DNA of 32,000 bases, from positions 30,001 to 62,000 of the forward strand of contig NC_014972.1 of assembly GCF_000186885.1 (NCBI RefSeq), read 5' to 3'. Source of the stretch: Desulfobulbus propionicus DSM 2032 (lineage in GTDB: Bacteria; Desulfobacterota; Desulfobulbia; Desulfobulbales; Desulfobulbaceae). The notes beneath the pieces were generated by a model, which worked only from the letters and a program-made list of their open reading frames with translations, was not told the origin of the DNA and searched no databases. Made by a program: the position numbers and the translations under genes. Positions 1-9,645 of this stretch are shown here, piece by piece (position 1 is the stretch's first letter; every line of letters starts with the position of its first letter).

Positions 1-482
1 TGACCGGCCTGCGCAACAAACGCTATTTTCAGGAAGCCTTTGAGGAGGCCTTTGCCAGGGCCCAGCGTATCGGTATCGACGTCAGCTGCCTGTTTTTCGA
101 CCTGGACCATTTCAAGCAGGTGAATGATACCTGTGGACACGGTTTTGGCGATTATGTCCTGAAAACCGTGGGCGCTTTGATCAAGGAAACGGTGCGCCGC
201 GGTGACTTGGCCGCCCGATTCGGCGGTGAGGAATTCGTCGTTGCCCTGCCCAATACCGATCTGGGCCAGGCCAAATGCGTGGCCGAGAAGATTCGCCGGT
301 TGATCGCCGCCCATCCCTTTCGCGACCAGGGGCTCCAGTGGCGGGTGACGGTGAGTATCGGCGTGGCTTCGCTCCTGAGCGCCCGGCCCTCCTCGGCGTG
401 CGGCCTGCTGCAACTGGCCGATCAGGCGCTTTATCGTGCCAAGAGAGCCGGCCGCGACCGGGTGGAGACGGCTGAAAGCTGA
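1..482 (+). CDS. GGDEF-domain diguanylate cyclase, C-terminal part (5' end lies outside the window)
   Basis: Frame 3 is open from the window edge (TGLRNKRYFQEAF...). GGEEF active-site motif, with an RxxD (RRGD) I-site five residues upstream, and a DQALYRAKRAGRDR tail. Stop at 480-482. Confidence 0.88.
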   Translation, partial: TGLRNKRYFQEAFEEAFARAQRIGIDVSCLFFDLDHFKQVNDTCGHGFGDYVLKTVGALIKETVRRGDLAARFGGEEFVVALPNTDLGQAKCVAEKIRRLIAAHPFRDQGLQWRVTVSIGVASLLSARPSSACGLLQLADQALYRAKRAGRDRVETAES

Positions 483-496
483 TCCAACGCCCGCGG

Positions 497-1423
497 TCAC
501 TCCTGCGGGTCGTTGCCGCCCACCGGGTGGTAGTGGACATAGACCCGCCGGAGAAATTCGATGCGCGCCAGCAGGATGTCCTCCACCTGGGTGGCGATCC
601 GGTCGCCCGCCCTGACGCTGAGATTGCCGTCGACTCCGATGGTGAGGTTGACCACCAGGTAGGGGCCGAAGCGATGGGCGTGCACTTCCTCGATATCCTC
701 CACCCCGTTCACCTCGTGCAGGGCGGTGCGGATCTCCTGGGCCAGTTCGCGTCCGGGCAGGGTGTCCATGAGGTCATCGCTGGCCGACCGCAGGATCTCG
801 ACGCCGGTGTGGAGGATGATGAGCGAGACGACCGCACCGGCCAGCGGATCGACCCATGGGAAGCCGAAGCGGCTGAACACGATGCCGATTGCCGCCGCCG
901 ATGAGGCAAAGATGTCGTTGCGGTGGTCCTGGGCCAGGGCCAGGACGGCGACGTTGCCGGTGCGGCGGCTGATGCCGTAGGTCCAGAGAGTGAGGCCGCC
1001 TTTGAGCAGCACGGCGAACAGGGCAATCCACAAGGCGAGGAGGCTGGCTCCGGAGGCGTCCGTGCGCACGGTCAGCAGCTCATAGGCCGTATCCACCGAA
1101 TGCCAGAAGATGGCGATGGCGGTGGTGACGACAAAGGCCCCGACCACCACCGCGGCGATGCTTTCCAGCTGGTCGTGGCCGTAGGGATGTTCCCGGTCCG
1201 CCGGCTTACCGGACAGGCGGACAAAGATGGAGACCACGACGCCGTAGGCCACGTCCGAGGTCGAGTTGATGCCGTCGGCCAGCAGGGCCGGACTCTGGCC
1301 GACCACGCCGACCACGGCCTTGAGCACGGCCAGCAGGATGTTGGCGGCCAGCCCCACCTGGACCGCGAGCATGCTTGTGTGACGTCGCTGTTCCTCTGGA
1401 TTCAAATGCGGATGTTGCTGCAT
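497..1423 (-). CDS. Cation diffusion facilitator (CDF) family metal efflux transporter
   Basis: 308 aa. Hydrophobic N-terminal half with CDF metal-site motifs (NSTSDVAYG in TM2, AQDHRND in TM5, [10 protein letters not shown] loop). C-terminal cytoplasmic CDF domain ([15 protein letters not shown]). ATG at 1423. Confidence 0.88.
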   Translation of the reverse strand: MQQHPHLNPEEQRRHTSMLAVQVGLAANILLAVLKAVVGVVGQSPALLADGINSTSDVAYGVVVSIFVRLSGKPADREHPYGHDQLESIAAVVVGAFVVTTAIAIFWHSVDTAYELLTVRTDASGASLLALWIALFAVLLKGGLTLWTYGISRRTGNVAVLALAQDHRNDIFASSAAAIGIVFSRFGFPWVDPLAGAVVSLIILHTGVEILRSASDDLMDTLPGRELAQEIRTALHEVNGVEDIEEVHAHRFGPYLVVNLTIGVDGNLSVRAGDRIATQVEDILLARIEFLRRVYVHYHPVGGNDPQE

Positions 1424-1471
1424 GCAGCATGCTCCCGTGCCAGCCGTGTTTTTCCCGTCCCGGTCCCAATG

Positions 1472-1500
1472 TTGACGACCGATGCAATTTGCTGTCTTAT
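1472..1500 (+). promoter_or_regulatory. Candidate sigma-70 promoter for fumC (TTGACG-N17-TCTTAT)
   Basis: -35 TTGACG at 1472-1477, 17-nt spacer, -10 TCTTAT at 1495-1500, 135 nt upstream of the fumC ATG. The -10 is weak and this is a sequence match only. Confidence 0.3.
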
Positions 1501-1635
1501 ACCCAAATCCACAGCGGAAGTAATGAGTTTTTCACCGATGAACCGGGTGGGCTGCCGCGGCATATCCGCGAACACACCGTTGTGCCGGCTGAGAGGTCCA
1601 CGGCAATGGGGCAACACCACATGCGGAGGAATGAG

Positions 1636-3042
1636 ATGGAGTATCGCATCGAACAGGACACCATGGGCACGATCGAGGTTCCGGCCGATCGCCTCTGGGG
1701 CGCGCAGACCGAGCGCAGCCGCCGCAACTTCAACATCGGCGACGAGCGGATGCCGCTGGCGCTGGTGGACAGCCTGGTTCGCCTGAAACGGGCCTGCGCG
1801 GAGGTCAACCATCAGAAAGGCAAACTGCCGGCCGCGATCCGTGATCTGATTGTTCGCGCCTGCGACGAGATTCTCTCCGGGCAGCATGACCATGAATTTC
1901 CCCTTGCCGTCTGGCAGACCGGCAGCGGCACCCAGAGCAACATGAACGTCAACGAAGTGATCGCCAACCGGGCCGCCATCCTCGCCACCGGCAGCCTGGA
2001 ACCGCCGCGGCCGGTGCATCCCAACGATCATGTCAACATGTCGCAGAGCTCCAACGACGTCTTTCCCTCGGCCATGCACGTGGCCGGGGTCTATGCCCTG
2101 GAGGATCGGTTGCTGCCGGCGGTGGAAACCCTGCGCCGCACTCTGGCCGCCAAGGCCGACGCCTTTGCCGGCATCGTCAAGATCGGCCGGACCCATCTTC
2201 AGGACGCCACCCCCCTGACCCTCGGCCAGGAGATCGGCGGCTGGGCGGCCCTGCTAGCCAGCAACCAGCGCCAGCTGCGCGAAAGCCTCGAACATCTGCG
2301 CTTTCTGGCCATCGGCGGCACGGCGGTGGGCACCGGCCTCAATGCCCCGGAAGGATTCGGGACGGCGGTCGCGGCCCAGCTCAGCGGCGATACCGGCAAG
2401 GTCTTTTACGCGCTCGACAACACCTTTCACGGCCTGACCAGCCACGACCAGCTGGTTTTTGCCCACGGCGCGGTCAAGGCCCTGGCCGCCAACCTGATGA
2501 AGATCGCCAACGATGTCCGCTGGCTGGCCAGTGGCCCGCGCTGCGGCCTGGGCGAGATCACCATCCCGGCCAACGAACCGGGCAGCTCGATCATGCCGGG
2601 CAAGGTCAACCCCACCCAGGCCGAGGCGGCGACCATGGCCGTCTGCCAGGTGTTCGGCAACGACGCGGCCATCGGCTTTGCCGCTAGTCAAGGCAATTTC
2701 GAGCTCAATGTGTTCAAACCGCTGATCGTCTACAATTTCCTCCAGTCGACCACCCTGCTGGCCGACGTGATTGACTCCTTTGACCGCCACTGCGCCAGCG
2801 GCATCGAACCGGTGGCCGAGCGGATCGACCACCATCTGCGCCATTCGCTGATGCTGGTCACCGCCCTCAACCCGCACCTCGGTTACGAGAAGGCGGCGGT
2901 CATCGCCAAGAAGGCCCACGCCGAGCACCTCTCCTTGCGCGAGGCGGCCATCCAACTCGGCCTGCTCAGCGGCGAGGAGTTTGATCGGCTGGTGCGGCCG
3001 GAAGCGATGATCGGCCCTGTTGGCCGCAAGGGGCGATGTTGA
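1636..3042 (+). CDS. fumC: Class II fumarate hydratase
   Basis: N-terminus [28 protein letters not shown] is FumC-like. Fumarate-lyase signature [13 protein letters not shown]. 468 aa from ATG 1636, preceded by GGAGGA. The extra 87 codons of the track ORF (from 1375) have no FumC counterpart. Confidence 0.95.
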   Translation: MEYRIEQDTMGTIEVPADRLWGAQTERSRRNFNIGDERMPLALVDSLVRLKRACAEVNHQKGKLPAAIRDLIVRACDEILSGQHDHEFPLAVWQTGSGTQSNMNVNEVIANRAAILATGSLEPPRPVHPNDHVNMSQSSNDVFPSAMHVAGVYALEDRLLPAVETLRRTLAAKADAFAGIVKIGRTHLQDATPLTLGQEIGGWAALLASNQRQLRESLEHLRFLAIGGTAVGTGLNAPEGFGTAVAAQLSGDTGKVFYALDNTFHGLTSHDQLVFAHGAVKALAANLMKIANDVRWLASGPRCGLGEITIPANEPGSSIMPGKVNPTQAEAATMAVCQVFGNDAAIGFAASQGNFELNVFKPLIVYNFLQSTTLLADVIDSFDRHCASGIEPVAERIDHHLRHSLMLVTALNPHLGYEKAAVIAKKAHAEHLSLREAAIQLGLLSGEEFDRLVRPEAMIGPVGRKGRC

Positions 3043-3088
3043 TATTTTTGCAATAAATAAAAAAAGTTACCGCGAGAGAAAGAACAGC

Positions 3089-3117
3089 TTGAAGTAGGAA
3101 AGACCAGCTCGTATACT
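3089..3117 (+). promoter_or_regulatory. Candidate sigma-70 promoter (TTGAAG-N17-TATACT) for the ATPase-HDOD operon
   Basis: -35 TTGAAG at 3089-3094, exact 17-nt spacer, -10 TATACT at 3112-3117. An A/T-rich tract at 3046-3068 could serve as an UP element. Lies 64 nt upstream of ATG 3181. Confidence 0.5.
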
Positions 3118-3180
3118 CATGGCAACGCTCGGAAGAGGACGACCGGCCGCCACACCGGCTACCATGAGGCGCGCAGAGCC

Positions 3181-5043
3181 ATGACCCCAAGCACCATCAC
3201 CAGCCCCATCATTCGCCTGCTGCGGGAGGCGGGCAAGGTCACCCCGGCCCAGGTGGAGCATGCGGCCAGGGTACAGGCCAAGCTGACCACTTTTCAGCCG
3301 CTGCTGAAGATCCTCAAGGATCTGAAGTCCATCACCGACCAGGACGTCAAGGAAATTCTCCGAGCCTCCTCCTCGCCCATCCGCATCGGCGACCTGCTGG
3401 TGGAACTGGGCCATATTTCGCCCGACGATCTCGACTCCGCCATCCGTTTGCAGCGGGAAAGCGACTCCCAGGAAAAGCTCGGCCAGGTGCTGGTCCGGCA
3501 CAACTTCATCGAGGAGCAGACCTTCATCGAGGTCCTTTCCATCCAGATGGGCTACCCCTTCATCGAGCCCGGACTCAACAACATCGACAAAGCCCGCTGC
3601 GTCAAGATCCCCAAGGCCCTGATGACTACCCATGGCTTTGTGCCCATCAAAAGCGACGACGGTTCGATTCGGGTGGCCTTTGCCGATCCCCTGGACCAGG
3701 AGGCGCTGCAGGTGGCCCGCCGTTTCCTTGGCACCGGCATCGTGCCCAGCATCGCTCAGGGCCGATCCATCCGCAAGACGGTCGAGCTGCTGGCGGAAAA
3801 GCAAAGCAGCCGGACCCTGGCGGTGGACAACACCACCGTGGTCGGCACGGTCAACTCGATCATCCTCGGGGCGATCAAGAACAACGCCAGCGACATCCAC
3901 ATCGAGCCCATGGAAGACCGGTTGCAGGTTCGATTCCGCGAAGACGGCGTGCTCAACCACTTCAAGGATTTTCCCAAGGAGATCATCCCGGCGCTCACCA
4001 GCCGGCTGAAGATCCTCTGCCAGGCGGACATCACCGAGAAGCGGCGCCATCAGGGCGGACGCATCCTGTTCGAGTACGACGAGGGGCAGCTGGACCTGCG
4101 GCTGTCTTTCTTCATCACCATCCACGGCGAGAAGATCGTCCTGCGGCTGCTCAACCGCAAGCAGGAGCTGTTCGACCTGCAGTCCATCGGCATGACCCCG
4201 CGCATGCTGTCCCGCTTTCTCGAGGATGCGGTCTACCACCCCAGCGGCGTGGTCCTGGTCACCGGGCCGACCGGGTCGGGCAAGACCTCGACCATCTACA
4301 GTTGCATTCATGCCCTCAAGAGCCCCCAGGTGAGCATCATCACCGCCGAGGAGCCGGTGGAGTACGTGATCGAGGGGGTGGCCCAATGCTCGATCGATCC
4401 CAAGATCGACCTCACCTTTGAGGAAACCTTGCGCCACATCGTCCGCCAGGACCCGGATGTGATCGTCATCGGCGAGATCCGCGATGCCTATTCCGCCGAA
4501 GTGGCGGTCCAGGCGGCGCTCACCGGCCACAAGGTGCTGTCCACCTTTCACACCGAGGACTCCATCGGCGGCTTGATCCGTCTGCTCAACATGGACATCG
4601 CCCCCTTCCTCGTGTCGTCCACCGTGGTCAGCGTGCTGGCGCAGCGGCTGCTGCGGCGGGTGTGCCCGCACTGTGCGGTGGACGCCAAGCCGACACCGGT
4701 GCAGTTGCAGCGGCTGCGTTGCACGGTCAACGATCTGGCCGGGGCCAGCTTCAAAAAAGGGAGGGGATGCAGGATGTGCAAGCAGAGCGGTTACAAGGGG
4801 AGGATCGGGGTGTTCGAGCTGCTGGTGCTCGACGAGCGGGTTCGCACCGCCATCCTGGAGCAGAAAACCAGTTACGACATCCGGACCATCAGCATCCACC
4901 ATTCCGGGTTGATGACCCTGCTTGAGGACGGTTTGGTCAAGGCGGCCATGGGCAGCACGACGGTCGATGAAATCCTGCGCTGCCTGCCCATCTTCAGTCC
5001 GCCGCGCCCGCTGGCCGAACTTCGCCGTCTGGCAGGGATCTGA
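3181..5043 (+). CDS. GspE/PilB/MshE-family secretion ATPase with N-terminal MshEN-type (T2SSE_N) repeats
   Basis: 620 aa. ASDIHIEP box, Walker A GPTGSGKTST, Asp box AEEPVEYVIEG, Walker B DVIVIGEIRD, His box GHKVLSTFHT, tetracysteine CPHC...CRMC. N-terminal residues 68-91 and 99-122 match the 24-residue MshEN motif. Confidence 0.93.
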   Translation: MTPSTITSPIIRLLREAGKVTPAQVEHAARVQAKLTTFQPLLKILKDLKSITDQDVKEILRASSSPIRIGDLLVELGHISPDDLDSAIRLQRESDSQEKLGQVLVRHNFIEEQTFIEVLSIQMGYPFIEPGLNNIDKARCVKIPKALMTTHGFVPIKSDDGSIRVAFADPLDQEALQVARRFLGTGIVPSIAQGRSIRKTVELLAEKQSSRTLAVDNTTVVGTVNSIILGAIKNNASDIHIEPMEDRLQVRFREDGVLNHFKDFPKEIIPALTSRLKILCQADITEKRRHQGGRILFEYDEGQLDLRLSFFITIHGEKIVLRLLNRKQELFDLQSIGMTPRMLSRFLEDAVYHPSGVVLVTGPTGSGKTSTIYSCIHALKSPQVSIITAEEPVEYVIEGVAQCSIDPKIDLTFEETLRHIVRQDPDVIVIGEIRDAYSAEVAVQAALTGHKVLSTFHTEDSIGGLIRLLNMDIAPFLVSSTVVSVLAQRLLRRVCPHCAVDAKPTPVQLQRLRCTVNDLAGASFKKGRGCRMCKQSGYKGRIGVFELLVLDERVRTAILEQKTSYDIRTISIHHSGLMTLLEDGLVKAAMGSTTVDEILRCLPIFSPPRPLAELRRLAGI

Positions 5044-5044
5044 C

Positions 5045-5884
5045 ATGGCTGCTTCCGTTTCCCTGGTCGAGGTCGTCAACCGGTTCATCGAATCCGACGC
5101 GGTCATCCTGCCGGTGTTCAATACCGCCGCTGCCCGCATTCAGCAGGAGATGGCAAAGTCGGAACCGAACATCCAGGTGATCGAGAAAATCATCACCGCC
5201 GATCAGGCCCTGTCCACCCAGGTGCTGAAGATCGCCAACTCGTCTTTTTATCGCGGTTTGGCCGAGATCGGTACGGTGCGGGCGGCGATCATGCGATTGG
5301 GAATCAAGGAGATTGAAAAGGTGGTGGTGCTGGCCGCCTCACGGCAGCATTTCAAGAGTGCCGATGACACGATCAATCTGCTGATGAAAAAACTGTGGCA
5401 GCATGCGGTGGGGTGTGCCTATGGCACGGTGTGGCTGGCCCGGCGCCACAGTTACGGGGTTGACCAGAGCCAGGCCTTTTTCGCCGGTTTGTTTCACGAT
5501 GTGGGCAAACTGCTCATTTTGGTGATCATCGAGCAGATCAAGCGCCGCAACAAGGCCCTGAAGATCACCGACGCCCTGCTGCTGGAGGCCATGGACCGGC
5601 TCCATGCCCGGGAAGGGGCCAAACTGCTCGGCCAATGGAACATGCCCGGCTATTTCTGTATGATCGCCCGCGATCATCATCAGCCGGAGGCGGACGACAA
5701 GAATATCCTGCTGTTGCTGGTACGCATGGCCAACCTGGTCTGCCACAAGCTGGGCATCGGCTTGACCGCCGACCCGAACCTCATGCTCCCCGCCACCCTG
5801 GAGGCCAGTCTGCTCAATCTTTCCGAGATCGATCTGGCCGAACTGGAGATCGTTCTCGAGGACACCGCCGTCTTGTCCAGCTAG
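5045..5884 (+). CDS. HDOD domain signalling protein
   Basis: ATG at 5045, one nucleotide after the ATPase stop (5041-5043). HDOD-typical blocks ADQALSTQVLKIANSSFYRG, AIMRLGIKEI, FFAGLFHDVGKLLIL and ARDHH. 279 aa. The upstream part of the track ORF (4922-) overlaps the ATPase and is not coding. Confidence 0.85.
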   Translation: MAASVSLVEVVNRFIESDAVILPVFNTAAARIQQEMAKSEPNIQVIEKIITADQALSTQVLKIANSSFYRGLAEIGTVRAAIMRLGIKEIEKVVVLAASRQHFKSADDTINLLMKKLWQHAVGCAYGTVWLARRHSYGVDQSQAFFAGLFHDVGKLLILVIIEQIKRRNKALKITDALLLEAMDRLHAREGAKLLGQWNMPGYFCMIARDHHQPEADDKNILLLLVRMANLVCHKLGIGLTADPNLMLPATLEASLLNLSEIDLAELEIVLEDTAVLSS

Positions 5885-6318
5885 AGTTCGACCCCCGCCT
5901 GCCGCAGCCGTTCCCTGTTGATCGGCTGTTTTTTCCCGTCCTCGCCGATGGCCACGTAGGTGATGGCCGCCTCGGTCACCTTGAATGTGGTGAATTGGTC
6001 CTTGCCCGCATGCAGGATCGGTCGCACCCAGACCTCAAGCATGATGGTCACCGAGGTGGTGCCCACCCGCAACACCCGGCCATAGCAGCAGACCACGTCA
6101 CCCACCCGCACCGGCTTGATGAATTTCATGCTCTCCACGGCCACGGTGGCGGTCCGGGTCCGGGTCACCTCCTTGGCCATCATGCTGCCGGCCAGATCCA
6201 TCTGCGCCATGATCCAGCCGCCGAAGATATCGCCGTTGAAGCTGGTGTCGGCCGGCATGGGCATGGTCCGCAGCAACAGTTCGCCCTGCGGTCCCTGCTG
6301 TTCCGTTGGCGGATTCAT
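5881..6318 (-). CDS. yciA: Acyl-CoA thioester hydrolase, YciA-type hotdog fold
   Basis: 145 aa. LLLRTMPMPADTSFNGDIFGGWIMAQMD and VRVGDVVCCYGRVLRVGTTSVTI closely parallel E. coli YciA. Confidence 0.88.
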   Translation of the reverse strand: MNPPTEQQGPQGELLLRTMPMPADTSFNGDIFGGWIMAQMDLAGSMMAKEVTRTRTATVAVESMKFIKPVRVGDVVCCYGRVLRVGTTSVTIMLEVWVRPILHAGKDQFTTFKVTEAAITYVAIGEDGKKQPINRERLRQAGVEL

Positions 6319-6457
6319 GAAAAAGGTCTCACTCCTTTGGCATGCGGATGGACGGATTGCGCATCACAGGCCAGTCGCAGGTCGAATCGGACAAGCGCCG
6401 ACCGTTCTGAATACTGCCGTCCGCCCCTGTGGGAAGGCGCGGGTGGCACGGCGACAC

Positions 6458-8290
6458 TCATTGATCGAGCAGGCGAACCGCGCCCTGGTCGGCGGAGGCG
6501 GCAAAGCGGGCATAGACCTGCAGGGCCTTGGAGATGGTCCGTTCCCGTTTTGGGGTGAAGGCCTGGGCGCCCCGGGCCGCTTCCTCGAGGCGGCGGGAGG
6601 TCAGTTCCTCTTCGCTGACCAGCAGGGAGATGGTTCGTTCCGGGATGTTGATGTCGATGCGGTCCCCCTCGCGGACCAGGGCGATGGCACCGCCGCTGGC
6701 CGCCTCGGGCGAGACGTGGCCGATGGACAGCCCGGAGGTGCCGCCGGAGAAGCGGCCGTCGGTGACCAGGGCGCAGGCCGCCCCAAGATGGCGCGATTTC
6801 AAGTACGAGGTGGGGTAGAGCATCTCCTGCATCCCCGGGCCGCCCTTGGGACCTTCGTAAAGAATGAAGACCACGTCTCCGGCCTCGACCGTGCCGTCGA
6901 GAATGGCCTCGCAGGCCTCTTCCTGGGAGTGGTAGACCTTGGCCTTGCCGGTGAAGTGGAGGATGGAAGCGTCGACTCCGGCGGTCTTGACGATGCAGCC
7001 CTTCTCGGCGATGTTGCCGTAGAGCACGGCCAAGCCGCCGTCCTTGGAATAGGCGTGCGCCATGTCACGGATGCAGCCACCCTTTCGGTCGGTGTCGAGT
7101 TCCGGATAGAGGGTGTTCTGCGAGCCCATCACCAGGTTGCGCACCCCGGCGGGCGCACTGCGGTAGAGATTTTTCGCCGCCTCGCCGCCCTCCGGCCGCA
7201 TGATGTCGTACTGCTCCAGGGCCTGTGCCAGAGTCAGGCCATCGGCTCGCTGGACGCTGGTGTCGAGCAGGCCGCCGCGATCCAGCTCGGCCAGGATGCC
7301 GAGGATGCCGCCGGCCCGGTTGACGTCCTCCACGTGGTAGGAGGAGCTCGGCGCCACCTTGCACAGGTTCGGCACCCGGCGCGACAGTGCATCGATGTCG
7401 GCCATGGTGAAGTTCACCCCGGCTTCATGGGCGATGGCCAGGATGTGGAGCACGGTGTTGGTCGAGCCGCCCATGGCGATGTCCAGCGCCATGGCGTTCT
7501 TGAAGGCGGCCAGGCTGGCGATGGAGCGGGGCAGCACCGAGCCGTCGCCCCTCCCGTACCAGGCCTCGCACATGGTGACGATCCGTTCGGCGGCCCGGTC
7601 GAACAGTTCCAGGCGGGCGGCATGGGTGGCGACCACGGTACCGTTGCCCGGCAGGGCCAGGCCGAGGGCCTCGTTGAGGCAGTTCATCGAGTTGGCGGTG
7701 AACATGCCCGAGCAGGAACCGCAGGTTGGACAGGCGGAGCGTTCCACTTCGGCCACCTCGTTGTCGCTGACGCCCTCGTCCGCGGCCATGATCATGGCGT
7801 CGATCAGGTCGAGCGCCTTGTTGCCGGCCCGGCCGGCCTCCATCGGCCCGCCGGAGACGAAAATGGCCGGGATGTTGAGCCGCATCGCCGCCATCAGCAT
7901 GCCGGGGGTGATCTTGTCGCAGTTGGAGATGCAGACCATGGCGTCGGCTTTGTGGGCGTTGCACATGTATTCCACCGAATCGGCGATCAGGTCGCGGGAG
8001 GGCAGGGAGTAGAGCATGCCGTCATGGCCCATGGCGATGCCGTCGTCAATGGCGATGGTGTTGAACTCGGCGGCAAAGCAGCCCAGGCTCTCGATTTTCT
8101 GTTTCACTCGTTGACCGATCGCGTGCAGATGGACGTGGCCGGGCACGAACTGGGTAAACGAGTTGACCACCGCGATCACCGGCCGGCCGATCTGTTCCTC
8201 CCGCATGCCGTTGGCCCGCCACAGGGCCCGGGCGCCCGCCATTCGTCTGCCTTCCGTTGTTGCCGCGCTCCGCAGTGGATTTGCCATCAT
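6458..8290 (-). CDS. ilvD: Dihydroxy-acid dehydratase
   Basis: N-terminus [23 protein letters not shown]; motifs CDKITPGM and [16 protein letters not shown]; about 610 aa. The start is ambiguous among GTG 8296, ATG 8290 and ATG 8287. A GAGGTGAGG Shine-Dalgarno sequence overlaps or abuts these. Confidence 0.95.
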   Translation of the reverse strand: MMANPLRSAATTEGRRMAGARALWRANGMREEQIGRPVIAVVNSFTQFVPGHVHLHAIGQRVKQKIESLGCFAAEFNTIAIDDGIAMGHDGMLYSLPSRDLIADSVEYMCNAHKADAMVCISNCDKITPGMLMAAMRLNIPAIFVSGGPMEAGRAGNKALDLIDAMIMAADEGVSDNEVAEVERSACPTCGSCSGMFTANSMNCLNEALGLALPGNGTVVATHAARLELFDRAAERIVTMCEAWYGRGDGSVLPRSIASLAAFKNAMALDIAMGGSTNTVLHILAIAHEAGVNFTMADIDALSRRVPNLCKVAPSSSYHVEDVNRAGGILGILAELDRGGLLDTSVQRADGLTLAQALEQYDIMRPEGGEAAKNLYRSAPAGVRNLVMGSQNTLYPELDTDRKGGCIRDMAHAYSKDGGLAVLYGNIAEKGCIVKTAGVDASILHFTGKAKVYHSQEEACEAILDGTVEAGDVVFILYEGPKGGPGMQEMLYPTSYLKSRHLGAACALVTDGRFSGGTSGLSIGHVSPEAASGGAIALVREGDRIDINIPERTISLLVSEEELTSRRLEEAARGAQAFTPKRERTISKALQVYARFAASADQGAVRLLDQ

Positions 8291-8390
8291 CCTCACCTCA
8301 ACTCACTGAAATAATTTTTTTCTTGTCTTTTGCCGCCTAAGCGATAGAACCCATAGTACACACTTTGTCAATTCTATACTGGTGAGGCCT

Positions 8391-9563
8391 ATGAAACAAC
8401 AGGAGATTAACTACTGGATCACCGCCATGCTGAACAAACACGAGCGGGTTTCCGACCTCAACCTGACCGTGGGCAAAACGCTGCAGGTGGAAAGCGATGG
8501 CGTGCTGGTGCCGGTCGATGTCGAACCGCCGGTGACCGAACTGACCCCCTTTCAGACCGAGGTCTTTGCCCTCAACCTGATCGGCGGCAACCGCCGCCTG
8601 CTGCGCGACTTGGTCACCAAGGGCTCCTGCGACCTATCGTATAGCCTGAACGACAAGGTTCGTTTCCGGGTCAACATTTTCTCTCAGAAGGGGTATTACA
8701 CCTCGGTGCTGCGAAAACTGGAAACCACCATTCCCTCAATCCAGAAGTTTCATTTCCCCGATGCCTTCGTCAAGATGGCTCGCGAGGTCAACGGCTTGAT
8801 CCTGTTCACCGGCGCCACCGGTTCGGGCAAGACCACCTCCATGGCCGCCATCCTCAACCTGATCAACGAAGAACGGCCGGTGCACATTGTCACCCTTGAG
8901 GACCCGATCGAGTACGTCCATCCCCACAAGAAGGCCACCTTCAACCAGCGGGAAATGGGCGACGATTTCGATACCTTTGCGGGTGGCCTGCGCGCCGCCC
9001 TGCGCCAGGCGCCCAAGGTCATCCTCGTTGGCGAGATCCGCGACCGGGAGACCCTGGAGATCGCCTTGTCCGCCTCCGAAACCGGCCACCTGGTCTTTTC
9101 CAGCCTGCATACCATCGATGCCGGGCAAACCATCAACCGCGTGCTGGGCATGTTCGAGCAGGACGAGCAGCCGCAGATCCGCAACCGGCTGGCCGATACC
9201 ATCCGCTGGGTGGTCAGCCAGCGGCTGCTGCCACGGGTCGGCGGTGGCCGGGTGGCTGCCCTGGAGATCCTCTGTACCAGCCTGCGGGTCCGGGATCTGA
9301 TCATCAACGGCGAGACCGAGGAAAAGACCTTCTATAACGTCATCAAGGCCGGCTCCTCCCGCGACATGCGCACCTTTGACCAGCACCTGCTGGAACTGTT
9401 TGAAGCCGGCTTGATCACCGAAGAGTCGGCCACGCTCTATGCCTCTCACCGCAGTGAGATCAAACGGGGCATGGACACGATCAAGGCGGCCCGCGGCGAA
9501 CGAACATCGTCCATCGACGATCTGCGCATGGAGCAGCACGAGGACGATCCCTACCGGCGATGA
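8391..9563 (+). CDS. pilT: PilT/PilU-family type IV pilus retraction-type ATPase paralogue
   Basis: ATG 8391 is preceded by GGTGAGG. Walker A GATGSGKTTS, Asp box TLEDPIEYV, Walker B VILVGEIRD, His box GHLVFSSLHT. The AIRNLIRE position reads RVRDLIING. About 45-residue charged C-terminal extension relative to canonical PilT. Confidence 0.9.
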   Translation: MKQQEINYWITAMLNKHERVSDLNLTVGKTLQVESDGVLVPVDVEPPVTELTPFQTEVFALNLIGGNRRLLRDLVTKGSCDLSYSLNDKVRFRVNIFSQKGYYTSVLRKLETTIPSIQKFHFPDAFVKMAREVNGLILFTGATGSGKTTSMAAILNLINEERPVHIVTLEDPIEYVHPHKKATFNQREMGDDFDTFAGGLRAALRQAPKVILVGEIRDRETLEIALSASETGHLVFSSLHTIDAGQTINRVLGMFEQDEQPQIRNRLADTIRWVVSQRLLPRVGGGRVAALEILCTSLRVRDLIINGETEEKTFYNVIKAGSSRDMRTFDQHLLELFEAGLITEESATLYASHRSEIKRGMDTIKAARGERTSSIDDLRMEQHEDDPYRR

Positions 9564-9645
9564 ACGCAGGACGAAGCGTCTGCCGCCTCTCTGCAAGGCC
9601 CGCTGATCGATGTTTGCCGTCCCCCTCAAACCGACAGGAGTCATC

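Noticed and set aside
923-1786. 287-aa plus-strand ORF spanning the CDF gene and the fumC leader. Also the N-terminal extensions of track ORFs 1375-3042, 4922-5884, 17488-18765, 16901-17731 and 24387-25631.
   Set aside because: The extensions overlap neighbouring well-supported genes or non-coding leaders and carry no homology. Internal ATGs with Shine-Dalgarno sequences coincide with the conserved N-termini of FumC, HDOD, Glk, NYN and the PBP signal peptide.
3067-5139. 690-aa ORF antisense to the GspE/MshE-like ATPase. Similar long antisense ORFs occur at 6116-8314, 13810-15351, 15324-16943, 19825-21570, 21891-23303, 23562-25400, 25417-27435, 27429-29309 and 29294-30463.
   Set aside because: Each lies opposite a gene with unmistakable family motifs. 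Their translations are low-complexity and rich in Gly, Arg, Asp, His and Leu, with no recognisable domains. High third-position GC in the real genes suppresses stop codons in the antisense frames, which is the expected artefact.
8375-8380. TATACT hexamer just upstream of the pilT-like gene, as a possible -10 element.
   Set aside because: No acceptable -35 lies at 16-18 nt. A start site about 7 nt downstream would remove the GGTGAGG Shine-Dalgarno sequence. The promoter of this gene remains unassigned.
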